A stretch of 64,000 nt of DNA from Gemmatimonadota bacterium (GTDB lineage: Bacteria; Latescibacterota; UBA2968), in the NCBI GenBank assembly GCA_002727195.1, contig PBWH01000023.1:72268-136267 (forward strand), given 5' to 3'. The position numbers were made by a program, and so were the translations under genes. A model generated the notes under the pieces. The model was not told where the DNA came from, made no database searches, and saw only the letters and a program-made list of their open reading frames with translations. Below, piece after piece: positions 49,213-57,041 of the stretch; positions within the stretch are counted from its first letter, which is position 1, and every line of letters starts with the position of its first letter.

Positions 49213-49594
49213 CCGTGTGCTCCTTGGGGGACGCGATCTCTGAAAGGATTTCGCTCAAGTGCTCTCCCATTTTGGGCTCCTGTCTCCTCAACCGCCCCGG
49301 TGTCTCTGACAGCCTGGGTGTGGCAGCTGCAACGGGACAGTCGGGGATATCGCTGTCGTCTGTCCGGTCGAACAGCCCGCGGCCCTCCGCATACGGGTGA
49401 CCCACCAGATCTCCCACCCACAGCACGGGTGCCACGGTCACTTTCTTCTCGTCCATATGAGCAAGATGGTCGCCGAGAAGCGCGTTTGCGAAGTAGTCGG
49501 ACAGGGTCTCGTCTCCTCAGGACCAGATCCCATTATTGGCTGGCCAACCGTGGTATCGGCCTTCCTTGACTGAAACGACAACGTTATCACTCAC
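49205..49594 (-). pseudogene. BNR/sialidase-like protein N-terminal fragment with an in-frame TGA (tentative family call)
   Basis: GTG 49594 opens VSDNVVVSVKEGRYHGWPANNGIWS, then TGA (49517-49519), then GDETLSDYF...HLAHMDEKK.... The frame ends after about 130 codons, overlapping the CitE start. The GWP...GIW-W-GDE pattern is from my recollection of sialidase-like families. Confidence 0.4.
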
Positions 49595-49619
49595 GACGTA
49601 ACTTGAAAGCTTCCGTGCA

Positions 49620-51725
49620 CTATTCCTGGATGACTACCGTGTCGAGAGCGAGAACCTCGACAGATGCGTCCCCGATCTCGATGGTCTTTTGGGTAGATGT
49701 GAAGTTTGCGACGACCACAGCGAATCCGGTGAGTGACCGGAAACGATAGGCGCGCAGGCCGTCGTCATCCGTCTTTACTCGCTCGACACCATCGCCCGCG
49801 CGACGGGCTCCCGCGCGTCCCTGACGAATCACGCACGCGTAGTCGCGGACAGTGCGACCAGCCGCCTGATGTCTGAGAAATATGCGGTCCTGGAGCAGGT
49901 TCTTCCATCGTTCGGGCGAGTTCCGTTCCGCGGCGTCCTCATACAGCAGTTGTAGACCGTCGGTCTCGATCCCCAGGCAGCCCGCTACCTTGATCCAGGT
50001 CGAATCGGTTTCGATCACACGCGCCTTGCCTCCTACGCCACGCACGACGCGACGTCCACCGTCGAACGAAATGGTGACCCGATTGTCGTTTACGAAATCG
50101 TTCATGATGTATAGGCCAAAGCCCTCGTTCACCGACAATTCGATGTCGGCAACGGTCCGGTCGATCACAATCGAAGTTTCGCCATCCTCGAGCGCGACGA
50201 CGGCAATCGACTGCCGTACCGCGCCATCTGCGTACTCAATCACGCCGGTGGTCGAGAAGCCTCGATCCGTCGTGCGATCGTTGTGGTAGAGGGGATGCGG
50301 TTTCAGACGCTCACCTTCGACCTCGAATCGGCCGACGAACGCGTCCTGATCTGACCCGAGCGTATCCTCTCCGCCCGCGGGGACCACCATGCCCATCACC
50401 TGGCGCTTCAGGGATCGCCAGGCGAACGAGAACAGTCCCTGTTTGCTGCGGCGAACCTGAAGCCAGACGTAAGGATAGTCGTCCGTCCCAATCTGTTCGC
50501 GCCGGAACTCTGCCTCTGAGATGGGCTTGAAGTCGGGAATGCCGGCGATCACGAGAATGCCGAGCAGTCCCATGATGCCCGTCTCGAACTGGAAGTAACG
50601 TCCTCCGGCAGCGTAGGGCATCCGAGCGTTGAATCGGCCATCCCCGGCCGCCCGCATCGACTCGTCCAGATACTTGAGGTTCTGCCAGAGGATGTGTCCG
50701 GCAAAGCGATCGCCGAACTCCTCGAACATAACTGCGTGCTGAACCTGGATATCGGGCTCGTGGTAGGTCCAGTCCTGGCCGGACGGATACGCGGTGAACC
50801 CGTTGAACAGGAAGAAGCGACGGAGCACGTCGTAGGCATCCTCGATGTGGTGTAGGTAGTGGGGAGGTGGCTGCCGCCCGGTCAGCTGGAAGGCGAGTCG
50901 TCCTTGCAGCAGCAGGACGCCGCACCCGAGGTAGCCGGGATGGAATGAGCCGTGGTTTTCGACGGTCAGGTCGGGGTGTGCCGTCTGGGTGCAGATCCAG
51001 TCCTTGAGCGGCCGGCCATCAAACGGGCTGGTGTCGACCCGATCTCGGTCGGTCGTGAAGGTGTTCATGGCGAACAGTTTGCCGCGATACAGCCATTCTT
51101 CCGCGTTCGGGTGATCGGGCAGGAGACAGTATGACCACGCCAACAGGTAGGCGTCCCACGCGTTCTCCTCTTCCTTGGTGTCGATCCAACGACCGTCAGG
51201 CGGATCCACACCCACGAATCGGTCGCCTTCGAAGGCCAAGACGCGGTAGAAGGCCTCGAGCACGTTCTTGTCCAGACTCTCCGCCACCTGGTGTACCGCC
51301 ATCGCGATGTCGGCAACCCAGAGCGACGATTCCCAATCATCCCCCCATTGACCGTCCCATTCGAACGGCTTTGTCCGTCGCGCCCCACTCACGTGATGCG
51401 CACAGATCCAGCGTATACATCTATTCAGCCTGTCGAGCAAGTGTGGCTTGTCGACGCCTGCAACGGATGCATCGTAGTGCTCGCTCTGATAGAGGACTGC
51501 GTACCCGCGGAGCTCATCGCCCAACGAGCGGATGATCATTTCGTTGATCGGGCCGCCGGCAGGCTTGAATTCGTTCTCGTCTAGGGTGCCGAAGTAGCCG
51601 TATTCATCGTCCTCGTCGACCCAATACTGTTCGATGTAGGGGACGTGTCGACACATCATCTGTACGAGATCGGCCTCGGACGGGAAGGATGGTGAATCTG
51701 TATCGAGCGGCGGGTATGCGATCAT
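49620..51725 (-). CDS. (alpha/alpha)-toroid + beta-sandwich protein, polysaccharide-lyase-like (heparinase-III/PL-like fold, family unknown)
   Basis: 701-aa intact leaderless ORF. The helical N-terminal half contains ...TVENHGSFHPGYLG... (Asn-His...Tyr type centre). The C-terminal half is beta-rich. The ATG overlaps the upstream stop as ATGA (51722-51725). Stop is TAG. Confidence 0.55.
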   Translation of the reverse strand: MIAYPPLDTDSPSFPSEADLVQMMCRHVPYIEQYWVDEDDEYGYFGTLDENEFKPAGGPINEMIIRSLGDELRGYAVLYQSEHYDASVAGVDKPHLLDRLNRCIRWICAHHVSGARRTKPFEWDGQWGDDWESSLWVADIAMAVHQVAESLDKNVLEAFYRVLAFEGDRFVGVDPPDGRWIDTKEEENAWDAYLLAWSYCLLPDHPNAEEWLYRGKLFAMNTFTTDRDRVDTSPFDGRPLKDWICTQTAHPDLTVENHGSFHPGYLGCGVLLLQGRLAFQLTGRQPPPHYLHHIEDAYDVLRRFFLFNGFTAYPSGQDWTYHEPDIQVQHAVMFEEFGDRFAGHILWQNLKYLDESMRAAGDGRFNARMPYAAGGRYFQFETGIMGLLGILVIAGIPDFKPISEAEFRREQIGTDDYPYVWLQVRRSKQGLFSFAWRSLKRQVMGMVVPAGGEDTLGSDQDAFVGRFEVEGERLKPHPLYHNDRTTDRGFSTTGVIEYADGAVRQSIAVVALEDGETSIVIDRTVADIELSVNEGFGLYIMNDFVNDNRVTISFDGGRRVVRGVGGKARVIETDSTWIKVAGCLGIETDGLQLLYEDAAERNSPERWKNLLQDRIFLRHQAAGRTVRDYACVIRQGRAGARRAGDGVERVKTDDDGLRAYRFRSLTGFAVVVANFTSTQKTIEIGDASVEVLALDTVVIQE

Positions 51726-51958
51726 GACGATTCCTCACCGACGATCTCGTGAGGTTCGTCGCAACGGAACACGACGAGCCTCCCGCCGTCGACGCGATTC
51801 TTCACGTCACGGACGAATTCACGCGCGAGGTTGGTGTCGTAAAGGACCAGCGCTCCCGGTGACCGGGTGTGGGTCCGGAGTCGTTCCGACTTTGCATGCC
51901 AGGTAGCGTGCAACGCTTGGGACGCGTCTCCTTCGGCGATCAGTACAACGTATGCCAC
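51722..51958 (-). CDS. small hypothetical protein (78 aa), translationally coupled to the downstream lyase-like gene
   Basis: GTG 51958 is preceded by GGAGAAACCGC. The protein begins MAYVVLIAEGDASQALHATWHAK.... Its stop overlaps the next ATG. No family recognised. Confidence 0.5.
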   Translation of the reverse strand: MAYVVLIAEGDASQALHATWHAKSERLRTHTRSPGALVLYDTNLAREFVRDVKNRVDGGRLVVFRCDEPHEIVGEESS

Positions 51959-51989
51959 GCGGTTTCTCCTGCTGAGTAGCTTGAGGCGT

Positions 51990-52832
51990 TCAAGTAAGGT
52001 ATTGCATCGGTGTTCGGAACTCGTGGGCTCGTTCGTATTCGCTTGAGGGGTTGGCGTTTCGGACAACCTCGGGGATCTCCCCATCCCACCAGCTGGGTGG
52101 GTTGGGAAAGTCAAAGACATCGTGCCAGGCGAGAAGGAGTGTTCGACGTTCAGCTGTCTGGTTGGGCCACGCTGCATGGAGGATCCGTGCATCGGCGATG
52201 ATCAGGTCTCCCGCGTTCAGGGGGACGTCGATCGCTTCGGGAAAGTCACCGAAAGCAGGATGCGTCAGGTCCTCGATCGCCTGTATCTCTGGGCCGTGCG
52301 CTTTGGGCAGGATGTCGTGCAGCTCGTGACGTTTTCGGTGGCTGCCCGGGATCACGCGCAGACAGCCGTTCTCGCGAGTCGTGTCGGTCAGGTAGTAAGA
52401 GAGGAAGATTCGGATCGGCCACGGTGTCGCGGCTTCGGGGCTCTGCCACTTCATGAAGTCCTGATGCCAATAAAGGGGCGGTCCGTATCCGGGCTTGGAC
52501 AGAATGATGATGGTTTCGTCCGATGACAGTTGCTCGAGGCCGATCTGGCTGCACGCGTCGAGCTGCGCCGGCTGATCGAGGATTTCCTCAGCGATCGGGT
52601 CGGGAAACCGATTCCGGTCGGTCGGCGTGCCTTTATTCCAGCTGCGCGGCGATTTGACGAAGATGTCGCTGCCTTGATACCTCACCTTGTGAGGGACGGT
52701 CACGCGTTCGAAGACGTCGTCAGACCACGATCTCAGTTTGATAAGCAGGTTAGGATCCATCACGCCTGGTATGATGGTGAATCCTGATTCGACAAGCTCT
52801 TGTGTTTTCGAGGCTGCCTCTATGTCCGTCAC
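51990..52832 (-). CDS. phytanoyl-CoA dioxygenase (PhyH) family Fe(II)/2-oxoglutarate oxygenase
   Basis: 280-aa ORF. ...LYWHQDF... (HxD), ...GCLRVIPGSH... and ...ARILHAAWPN... (distal His and Arg) are arranged as in the PhyH family. Confidence 0.8.
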   Translation of the reverse strand: MTDIEAASKTQELVESGFTIIPGVMDPNLLIKLRSWSDDVFERVTVPHKVRYQGSDIFVKSPRSWNKGTPTDRNRFPDPIAEEILDQPAQLDACSQIGLEQLSSDETIIILSKPGYGPPLYWHQDFMKWQSPEAATPWPIRIFLSYYLTDTTRENGCLRVIPGSHRKRHELHDILPKAHGPEIQAIEDLTHPAFGDFPEAIDVPLNAGDLIIADARILHAAWPNQTAERRTLLLAWHDVFDFPNPPSWWDGEIPEVVRNANPSSEYERAHEFRTPMQYLT

Positions 52833-52906
52833 TTGCTCGCTCCCGTGTAACGCGTTGGCAGGCGTATCCGATCCAGCGGTTCATGGTCCTTCGGTGCTGT
52901 TCCCCA

Positions 52907-53160
52907 TCAGGTGGGCGGACAGGTCGTATCGATCTGTTCCAGTACTGATTTGTCCAGTTTTCCTGTTCCGGCGGCCGCGTTCTGCTTGGCCTGATCGGGC
53001 GTTCTCATACCCGGGGACGTCCGGATTGGCGAGCGTAAACTTGAGCGCGAAGTCGACTACGTCCGATCCTTCAGGCACGAGGTCAAGCAGTGCCGCCACC
53101 TTTTTCCGGTTGGCTAGGAAGCTGTCGTGCTGGCTTTCACCTGAGTTCCACTTGTCGCGG
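52907..53160 (-). pseudogene. aldo/keto reductase C-terminal remnant (frameshift in a G4/C4 run)
   Basis: ...VAALLDLVPEGSDVVDFALKFTLANPDV is followed by a shift at 53013-53016. It continues ...PGMRTPDQAKQNAAAGTGKLDKSVLEQID..., the typical AKR end (IPG.....Q...N). The N-terminal roughly 70% is absent. Confidence 0.55.
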
Positions 53161-53304
53161 ACTTAGACCCTGTGATTTGCTTCGTCTCGTTTTTTCACGG
53201 TGGGCTCCTGTGCTTTGGATGAAGATAGCAAGGATCTACGGCCCTTGGTAGGGGAAGTCAAAATCCAAAATGTAAAAGGCAAATTGGGGGTGGTGCCTCC
53301 GGGG

Positions 53305-54033
53305 ATGAGGCGGCTACGATACAAGGTAGCCGCGATTCTTTCGGGGGGCGTTGCGCGAGCCAAGCAGGCGGTTTAGCGGGTGTGGGTGAGGATGTATTGG
53401 GAGCTCGGTGGGGACCTTGACGGTTACTTGATCGAACACGGTAAGGGATACGGGGAGCAGGTGTTCCGATTGGTGGCTGTGGAGCACAACCTCACCCCAA
53501 GTCTCGTTTACGATGCGCTGAGATTCTATCGTCGTGTCCCAAATTCCCACATGTGTGGAAATTTAAGTTGGTCCCATTTTCGGCTGGTCCTGTCGGTCGA
53601 GGATGATGAGGCGCGAGAATACTATCTGGACCAGGCGGTCCTTCGATCCTGGAGTGTTCGGGAGTTGGCCCTGTAGGTTAGGTCTAAGGTTTACAGACAG
53701 CTCGGTCCTCTGTCGGACACACTGATGGTCGACTAGGGTTTCTCGGCTCTCGCCTGGTGGAAGCTGCGATTGCGTGGGATCGACTGCCCGGAGATGAATA
53801 CGGTTGCCGGTTGGCTGGCTCGGTTGTTCCTTGTCGAGACCCTTTCGCCCGTGGCTCGGTTCGTGGTGACGACGCCGGATGTGGATCTCTACGATCGGTA
53901 TTTGGCGGATGTGTTTGTGTTGGATAGAGAGACGGATCCGCGGGTGACCGCGATGGATGGGGTGTTTGTGAATCGGGAGATGATCGGGGAGGGTGTCGCG
54001 CGGGTGTGGACGGACGAGAAGCCGGAGTTCTAG
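53305..54033 (+). pseudogene. DUF1016 (YhcG) N-terminal domain fused to a staphylococcal-nuclease (SNase)-like domain; three in-frame TAG codons, no frameshift
   Basis: One frame runs from ATG 53305: MRRLRYKVAAILSGGVARAKQAV-TAG(53374)-RVWVRMYWELGG...GYGEQV...LSWSHFRLVL...EYYLDQAVLRSWSVRELAL-TAG(53674)-VRSKVYRQLG...TLMVD-TAG(53734)-GFSALAWWKLRLRGIDCPE...DLYDRYLADVF.... It ends at TAG 54031-54033. The WSVRELxxQIxS pattern predicts Gln at the second TAG. Confidence 0.6.
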
Positions 54034-54046
54034 GATGAACCACGAA

Positions 54047-54078
54047 GACACAAAGACACAAAGACACGAAGGGACAAA
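54047..54078 (+). repeat. short imperfect tandem repeat (AGACACAA x2, then AGACACGA and AGGGACAA)
   Basis: Read directly: cacgaAGACACAAAGACACAAAGACACGAAGGGACAAagag. It lies between the nuclease ORF and the amidohydrolase start (54091). Confidence 0.5.
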
Positions 54079-54090
54079 GAGCACCCACAG

Positions 54091-55302
54091 ATGACCTACC
54101 TCAAAGCCGGCCTGCTGATCAACCATCCCGATGCCTCTCCCATCTCCGACGCCGTGGTCGAGATCAAGGGCGAGCGGATCGGGCGAGTGGGGGCGGCAGA
54201 CGAGATCAGGATCCCTCCTGATGCGGATGTGATCGACCAGTCCAGCCGCACCGTGATGGCGGCGTTGGTGGACCCGCACACGCACATCACGATCAACAAT
54301 GCCTACGGCATCCCTCTCAGCGAACATTTCGAGATTCCTTACACGACGGCCGTGCTGCGAGGCGCCGACAACCTGCGTCAGGACCTGGAGACGGGGGTGA
54401 CAACGATGCGGGCGTGTGGTGACCGGATCGGGATTGAGGGGCAGTTTCGCGACGCGATCGAGCGAGGTGAGCTGGTAGCACCACGGATTCAGGCGTGTGT
54501 GCGCGCGCTTCGGCCGAGTCACGGGACGGCGCCGTTTATCGCGTTTCCCGCGGACGGGCCCGAGGAGTTGAAGCGGAAGATCGGTGAGAACATCAATGAC
54601 GGGGCGGACTGGACGAAGCTGTTTGTCACTAACGTGCGGGACGGGGAGACGTACGAGGATTACCTGCGGGGTGATCTGACGGATGTGGCGGCGTACTCGA
54701 AGGTCGAGATCGAGACGGCGATCAAGTTCTCGCAGGATCGGGGTGTGCCCGTGTGTGCGCACGCGATCGGCGGGGACGCGATGCGGTGGGCGATGGAGGC
54801 GGGGATCGAGTCGGTTGAGCACGCGAACCTGCTGACCGAGCAGGACGTGGATCTGTTCGTGAAGAGCGGCGCGTATTTGAGCGACCCGAACCTGCAGCTG
54901 TTCTTCGACGCGGACACGGGGTTCGAATCGTTCGAGTCGTGGGCGTGGCACTGGTGGCGGGAGCGGGTCGGCGTCGCGCGGGAGCTGACGGCCAAGTGGC
55001 TGCCCGAGGCGGTGAGGGCGGGGGTGAAGGTCTGCCTGGCGACCGACAGTACTCACGCGACGCTGTGGCGGGATGCGAAGTGCTTTGTCGGGTTGGGCCT
55101 GCCCGAATCCGAGGCGCTGAAGGCGGTGACGGTGAACGGGGCCGAGATGCTGGGGCTGGCGGACCAGGTCGGGGATGTGGTGAGGGGCAAGCTGGCGGAT
55201 CTGATCGCGGTGGACGGGAATCCGCTCGAAGAGATCACGTCACTGCGCGACGTGCGGATGGTGATGAAGGAAGGCACGATCGTCCACAGGGAGGCGGCGT
55301 GA
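54091..55302 (+). CDS. amidohydrolase-superfamily metallohydrolase (imidazolonepropionase / Xaa-Pro dipeptidase-like subgroup)
   Basis: 403-aa ORF. ...AALVDPHTHI... (HxH), ...VCAHAIGG..., ...VEHANL... and ...VCLATDS... give the metal-ligand pattern. Confidence 0.8.
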   Translation: MTYLKAGLLINHPDASPISDAVVEIKGERIGRVGAADEIRIPPDADVIDQSSRTVMAALVDPHTHITINNAYGIPLSEHFEIPYTTAVLRGADNLRQDLETGVTTMRACGDRIGIEGQFRDAIERGELVAPRIQACVRALRPSHGTAPFIAFPADGPEELKRKIGENINDGADWTKLFVTNVRDGETYEDYLRGDLTDVAAYSKVEIETAIKFSQDRGVPVCAHAIGGDAMRWAMEAGIESVEHANLLTEQDVDLFVKSGAYLSDPNLQLFFDADTGFESFESWAWHWWRERVGVARELTAKWLPEAVRAGVKVCLATDSTHATLWRDAKCFVGLGLPESEALKAVTVNGAEMLGLADQVGDVVRGKLADLIAVDGNPLEEITSLRDVRMVMKEGTIVHREAA

Positions 55303-55829
55303 GCGTCGACGTTCAGGCACTCGTGGACGAAGGGGTGGAGGCGTGGAACGCGTGGCGGGAAGCGAATCCGAACGCCGATCTGGATGTGTCCGATCTGTCG
55401 TTCGACTACCTGGATCTGTCGGGGATCAACTTCAGCAAGCTGAACTTCGATTACGTCGGCTTGAGCGCGGCGACGTTGATCGGGGCGAACTTCGACGGGG
55501 CGAGTCTGGATCATACGGATTTGAGTGACGCAATGTTGGATCGGGCGACGTTCCGGGATGCGGACGCGAAGTGCGTGAATATGTTCGGGGCGTCGCTGGT
55601 GGAAGCGAAGTTGATCAGGACCAACCTGGCGGAGTGCTCGTTGAGGGATGCGGATCTGAAGCGGGCGGATCTGTCGGGGGCGGATCTGACTGCGGGTTAC
55701 CTGAAGGATTCGGATGTGGCGGGGGCGACCTTCAGTGGGGCCGATCTGACGAGGGCCTTCTTCGAGGGATCAAATGTGACGGAGGAGCAACTCAGAGGGG
55801 CGGCCCGGATGGAGGTGGTGCGGTTGTAA
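55299..55829 (+). CDS. pentapeptide-repeat protein
   Basis: GTG 55299 overlaps the amidohydrolase stop as GTGA. The N-terminus is VEAWNAWREANPNADLDVSDLSFDYLDLSGINFSKLNF, followed by about 25 A(D/N)LXX pentapeptides. Confidence 0.8.
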   Translation: MSVDVQALVDEGVEAWNAWREANPNADLDVSDLSFDYLDLSGINFSKLNFDYVGLSAATLIGANFDGASLDHTDLSDAMLDRATFRDADAKCVNMFGASLVEAKLIRTNLAECSLRDADLKRADLSGADLTAGYLKDSDVAGATFSGADLTRAFFEGSNVTEEQLRGAARMEVVRL

Positions 55830-56044
55830 TGGCATCCGAGGGTGTGTCAATAAAATCAGACATTTCTCTGTCTAGTATCTGTGACATGTATGCCACAGGG
55901 AGACATTTGAGAGTGCCCAGATATGTATTCAAGTCCTTATTTTATAGTATTTTATCGATATTTAAGGTAGCGCGAATGTTGTATATAGTTGTATCGCGAC
56001 AATGTTCGCCTGAGGTGAGAATAAGGAATGTGGGGAGTTGTTAA
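55829..56044 (+). CDS. candidate small ORF (71 aa) in an AT-rich island; hypothetical
   Basis: Its ATG overlaps the pentapeptide-gene TAA as TAATG. It encodes MASEGVSIKSDISLSS...VFKSLFYSILSIFKVARMLYIVV..., which has one hydrophobic helix. Its composition is very different from the neighbouring genes. It may be non-coding promoter DNA instead. Confidence 0.25.
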   Translation: MASEGVSIKSDISLSSICDMYATGRHLRVPRYVFKSLFYSILSIFKVARMLYIVVSRQCSPEVRIRNVGSC

Positions 56045-56065
56045 GGAGGCTCGAACGCGGCTGAG

Positions 56066-56838
56066 TTGATTCTGATCGTGGATGATGAGGCCTCTGTCAG
56101 GGGCCTGATTCGACGGTTGCTGACCAGTGTGGGATATGACACGCGGGATGTGGGCTCCGGACAGGAAGCGCTCGAGGTTGCCCGGTCGGAGCAGGTCGAC
56201 CTCGTGGTCACCGACGTGAAGATGCCGGGGATGAATGGCATCGAGCTGTCCAGGACGCGTCTGGAGGAGAATCCGGATCTTACGGTTCTGCTCGTGACCG
56301 CGTATGCAGATCTGAACAGCGCCCGTGAAGCGGTCACGGCCGGGATCTACGAGTATTTCACCAAACCGTTCGACACGTCGGATATGCTGAACAGCATCCG
56401 TCGTGGCCTGGACCACCGCAAATTGGCCAAAAAGAACGAGGCTTACAAGGACGGGCTGGAACAGAAGGCGGTGGAGCGGACGAGCGAGCTCAAGAAGGCC
56501 TAGGCTGAGCTGATCAAGAGTGAAAAACTCAGTGCGATCGGCCGTCTTGCGGCGGATATCGTGCGCGAGGCCCTGAATCCGTTGACCGTTGTCAAAGGCT
56601 GGGTCGTCGAGATGCTTCTGATGGTTGAAGGCCTGAGCGAGCGACAGAGGCTCTCTCTCGCCATCTGCGACGAGCAGATCAACCGCTCGATCCGGATCCC
56701 AACTTGCCCGTGGTCAAGATGAAGGGCTATTCCGATCGACATAAACTCGGCAGCGATCGCGACCGGGACGAAATCCTGATCCGCAAGCCAGTGATTGTTG
56801 ACACACTGGCATCCGTGCTGGATCAGGCTTTGCGGTAG
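56066..56838 (+). pseudogene. decayed hybrid sensor kinase: intact receiver domain, then TAG, then a HisKA/DHp remnant (His replaced), HATPase deleted, and the tail of a second receiver
   Basis: The receiver domain is ILIVDDEASVRGL...DLVVTDVKMPGMNG...KPFD. TAG at 56501-56503 is followed in frame by AELIKSEKLSAIGRLAADIVREALNPL, where the consensus is AHEINNPL, so His is replaced by Arg. After a frame change near 56690 it reads DPNLPVVKMKGYSD...ILIRKPVIVDTLASVLDQALR and ends at TAG 56838. Confidence 0.7.
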
Positions 56839-56872
56839 ACGCAGACCCAGGCGCGGCATCATAGAGCGGGAT

Positions 56873-56904
56873 GGCCCCGGTCTCTCTTTGCGGCCGGGGT
56901 TTTT
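56873..56904 (+). terminator. rho-independent terminator candidate
   Basis: CCCCGG (56875-56880) pairs with CCGGGG (56894-56899), extendable by 2 more pairs. It is followed by TTTTT (56900-56904), 35 nt after the end of the kinase remnant. Confidence 0.6.
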
Positions 56905-56956
56905 CGTATCTTTACACGAACAATGGACTCCGTGTTTTCGAGTAGGCCCGGGACCG

Positions 56957-57007
56957 GGCCGTATCGAGAACCTCGGGAAACGAACAAGCCGTCTTCTCGA
57001 TACGGCC
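56957..57007 (+). promoter_or_regulatory. 14-bp perfect inverted repeat (GGCCGTATCGAGAA - 23 nt - TTCTCGATACGGCC), 35 nt upstream of the cytochrome gene start
   Basis: Read directly from 56957-56970 and 56994-57007. It is either a dimeric-regulator operator or a 5'-leader stem-loop. Confidence 0.5.
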
Positions 57008-57041
57008 TGCATTGGCAGGCCTACTTGAAGATGCGGCAGCT

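Noticed and set aside
24218-49594. TGA reassigned to Trp (code 4) or Gly (code 25), given five internal TGAs, several at Trp positions
   Set aside because: Many intact genes end at TGA with family-typical C-termini (DUF3604, SdaA, sulfatase 28102..29676, EEP, PL1, CitE, PhyH). The genome is GC-rich, unlike known code-4/25 lineages. Internal TAG and TAA codons occur as well. TGG-to-TGA transition plus possible leaky decoding is the simpler explanation.
54041-54081. Possible CRISPR or minisatellite
   Set aside because: There are only four 8-nt units, two of them degenerate. There are no spacers and no cas genes. It is reported merely as a short tandem repeat.
54031-54093. Readthrough fusion of the nuclease ORF with the amidohydrolase (both are in the same frame across TAG 54031 and the tandem repeat)
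   Set aside because: The frame coincidence has a one-in-three chance. The linker would be a low-complexity repeat translation (DEPRRHKDTKTRRDKEHPQ). The amidohydrolase has its own ATG at a family-typical N-terminus.
53563-55056. 497-aa ORF on the minus strand
   Set aside because: It has an extremely Arg/Pro/His/Leu-rich, low-complexity translation. It lies antisense to the well-supported amidohydrolase gene. This is a typical shadow ORF of GC-rich DNA.
982-56503. Pyrrolysine or genome-wide amber reassignment to explain the ten internal TAGs
   Set aside because: TAG terminates at least seven intact genes here. No pyl genes or methyltransferase context are present. The affected genes are unrelated and often carry frameshifts too. 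The amber-rich nuclease ORF is kept as a separate open question in the findings.
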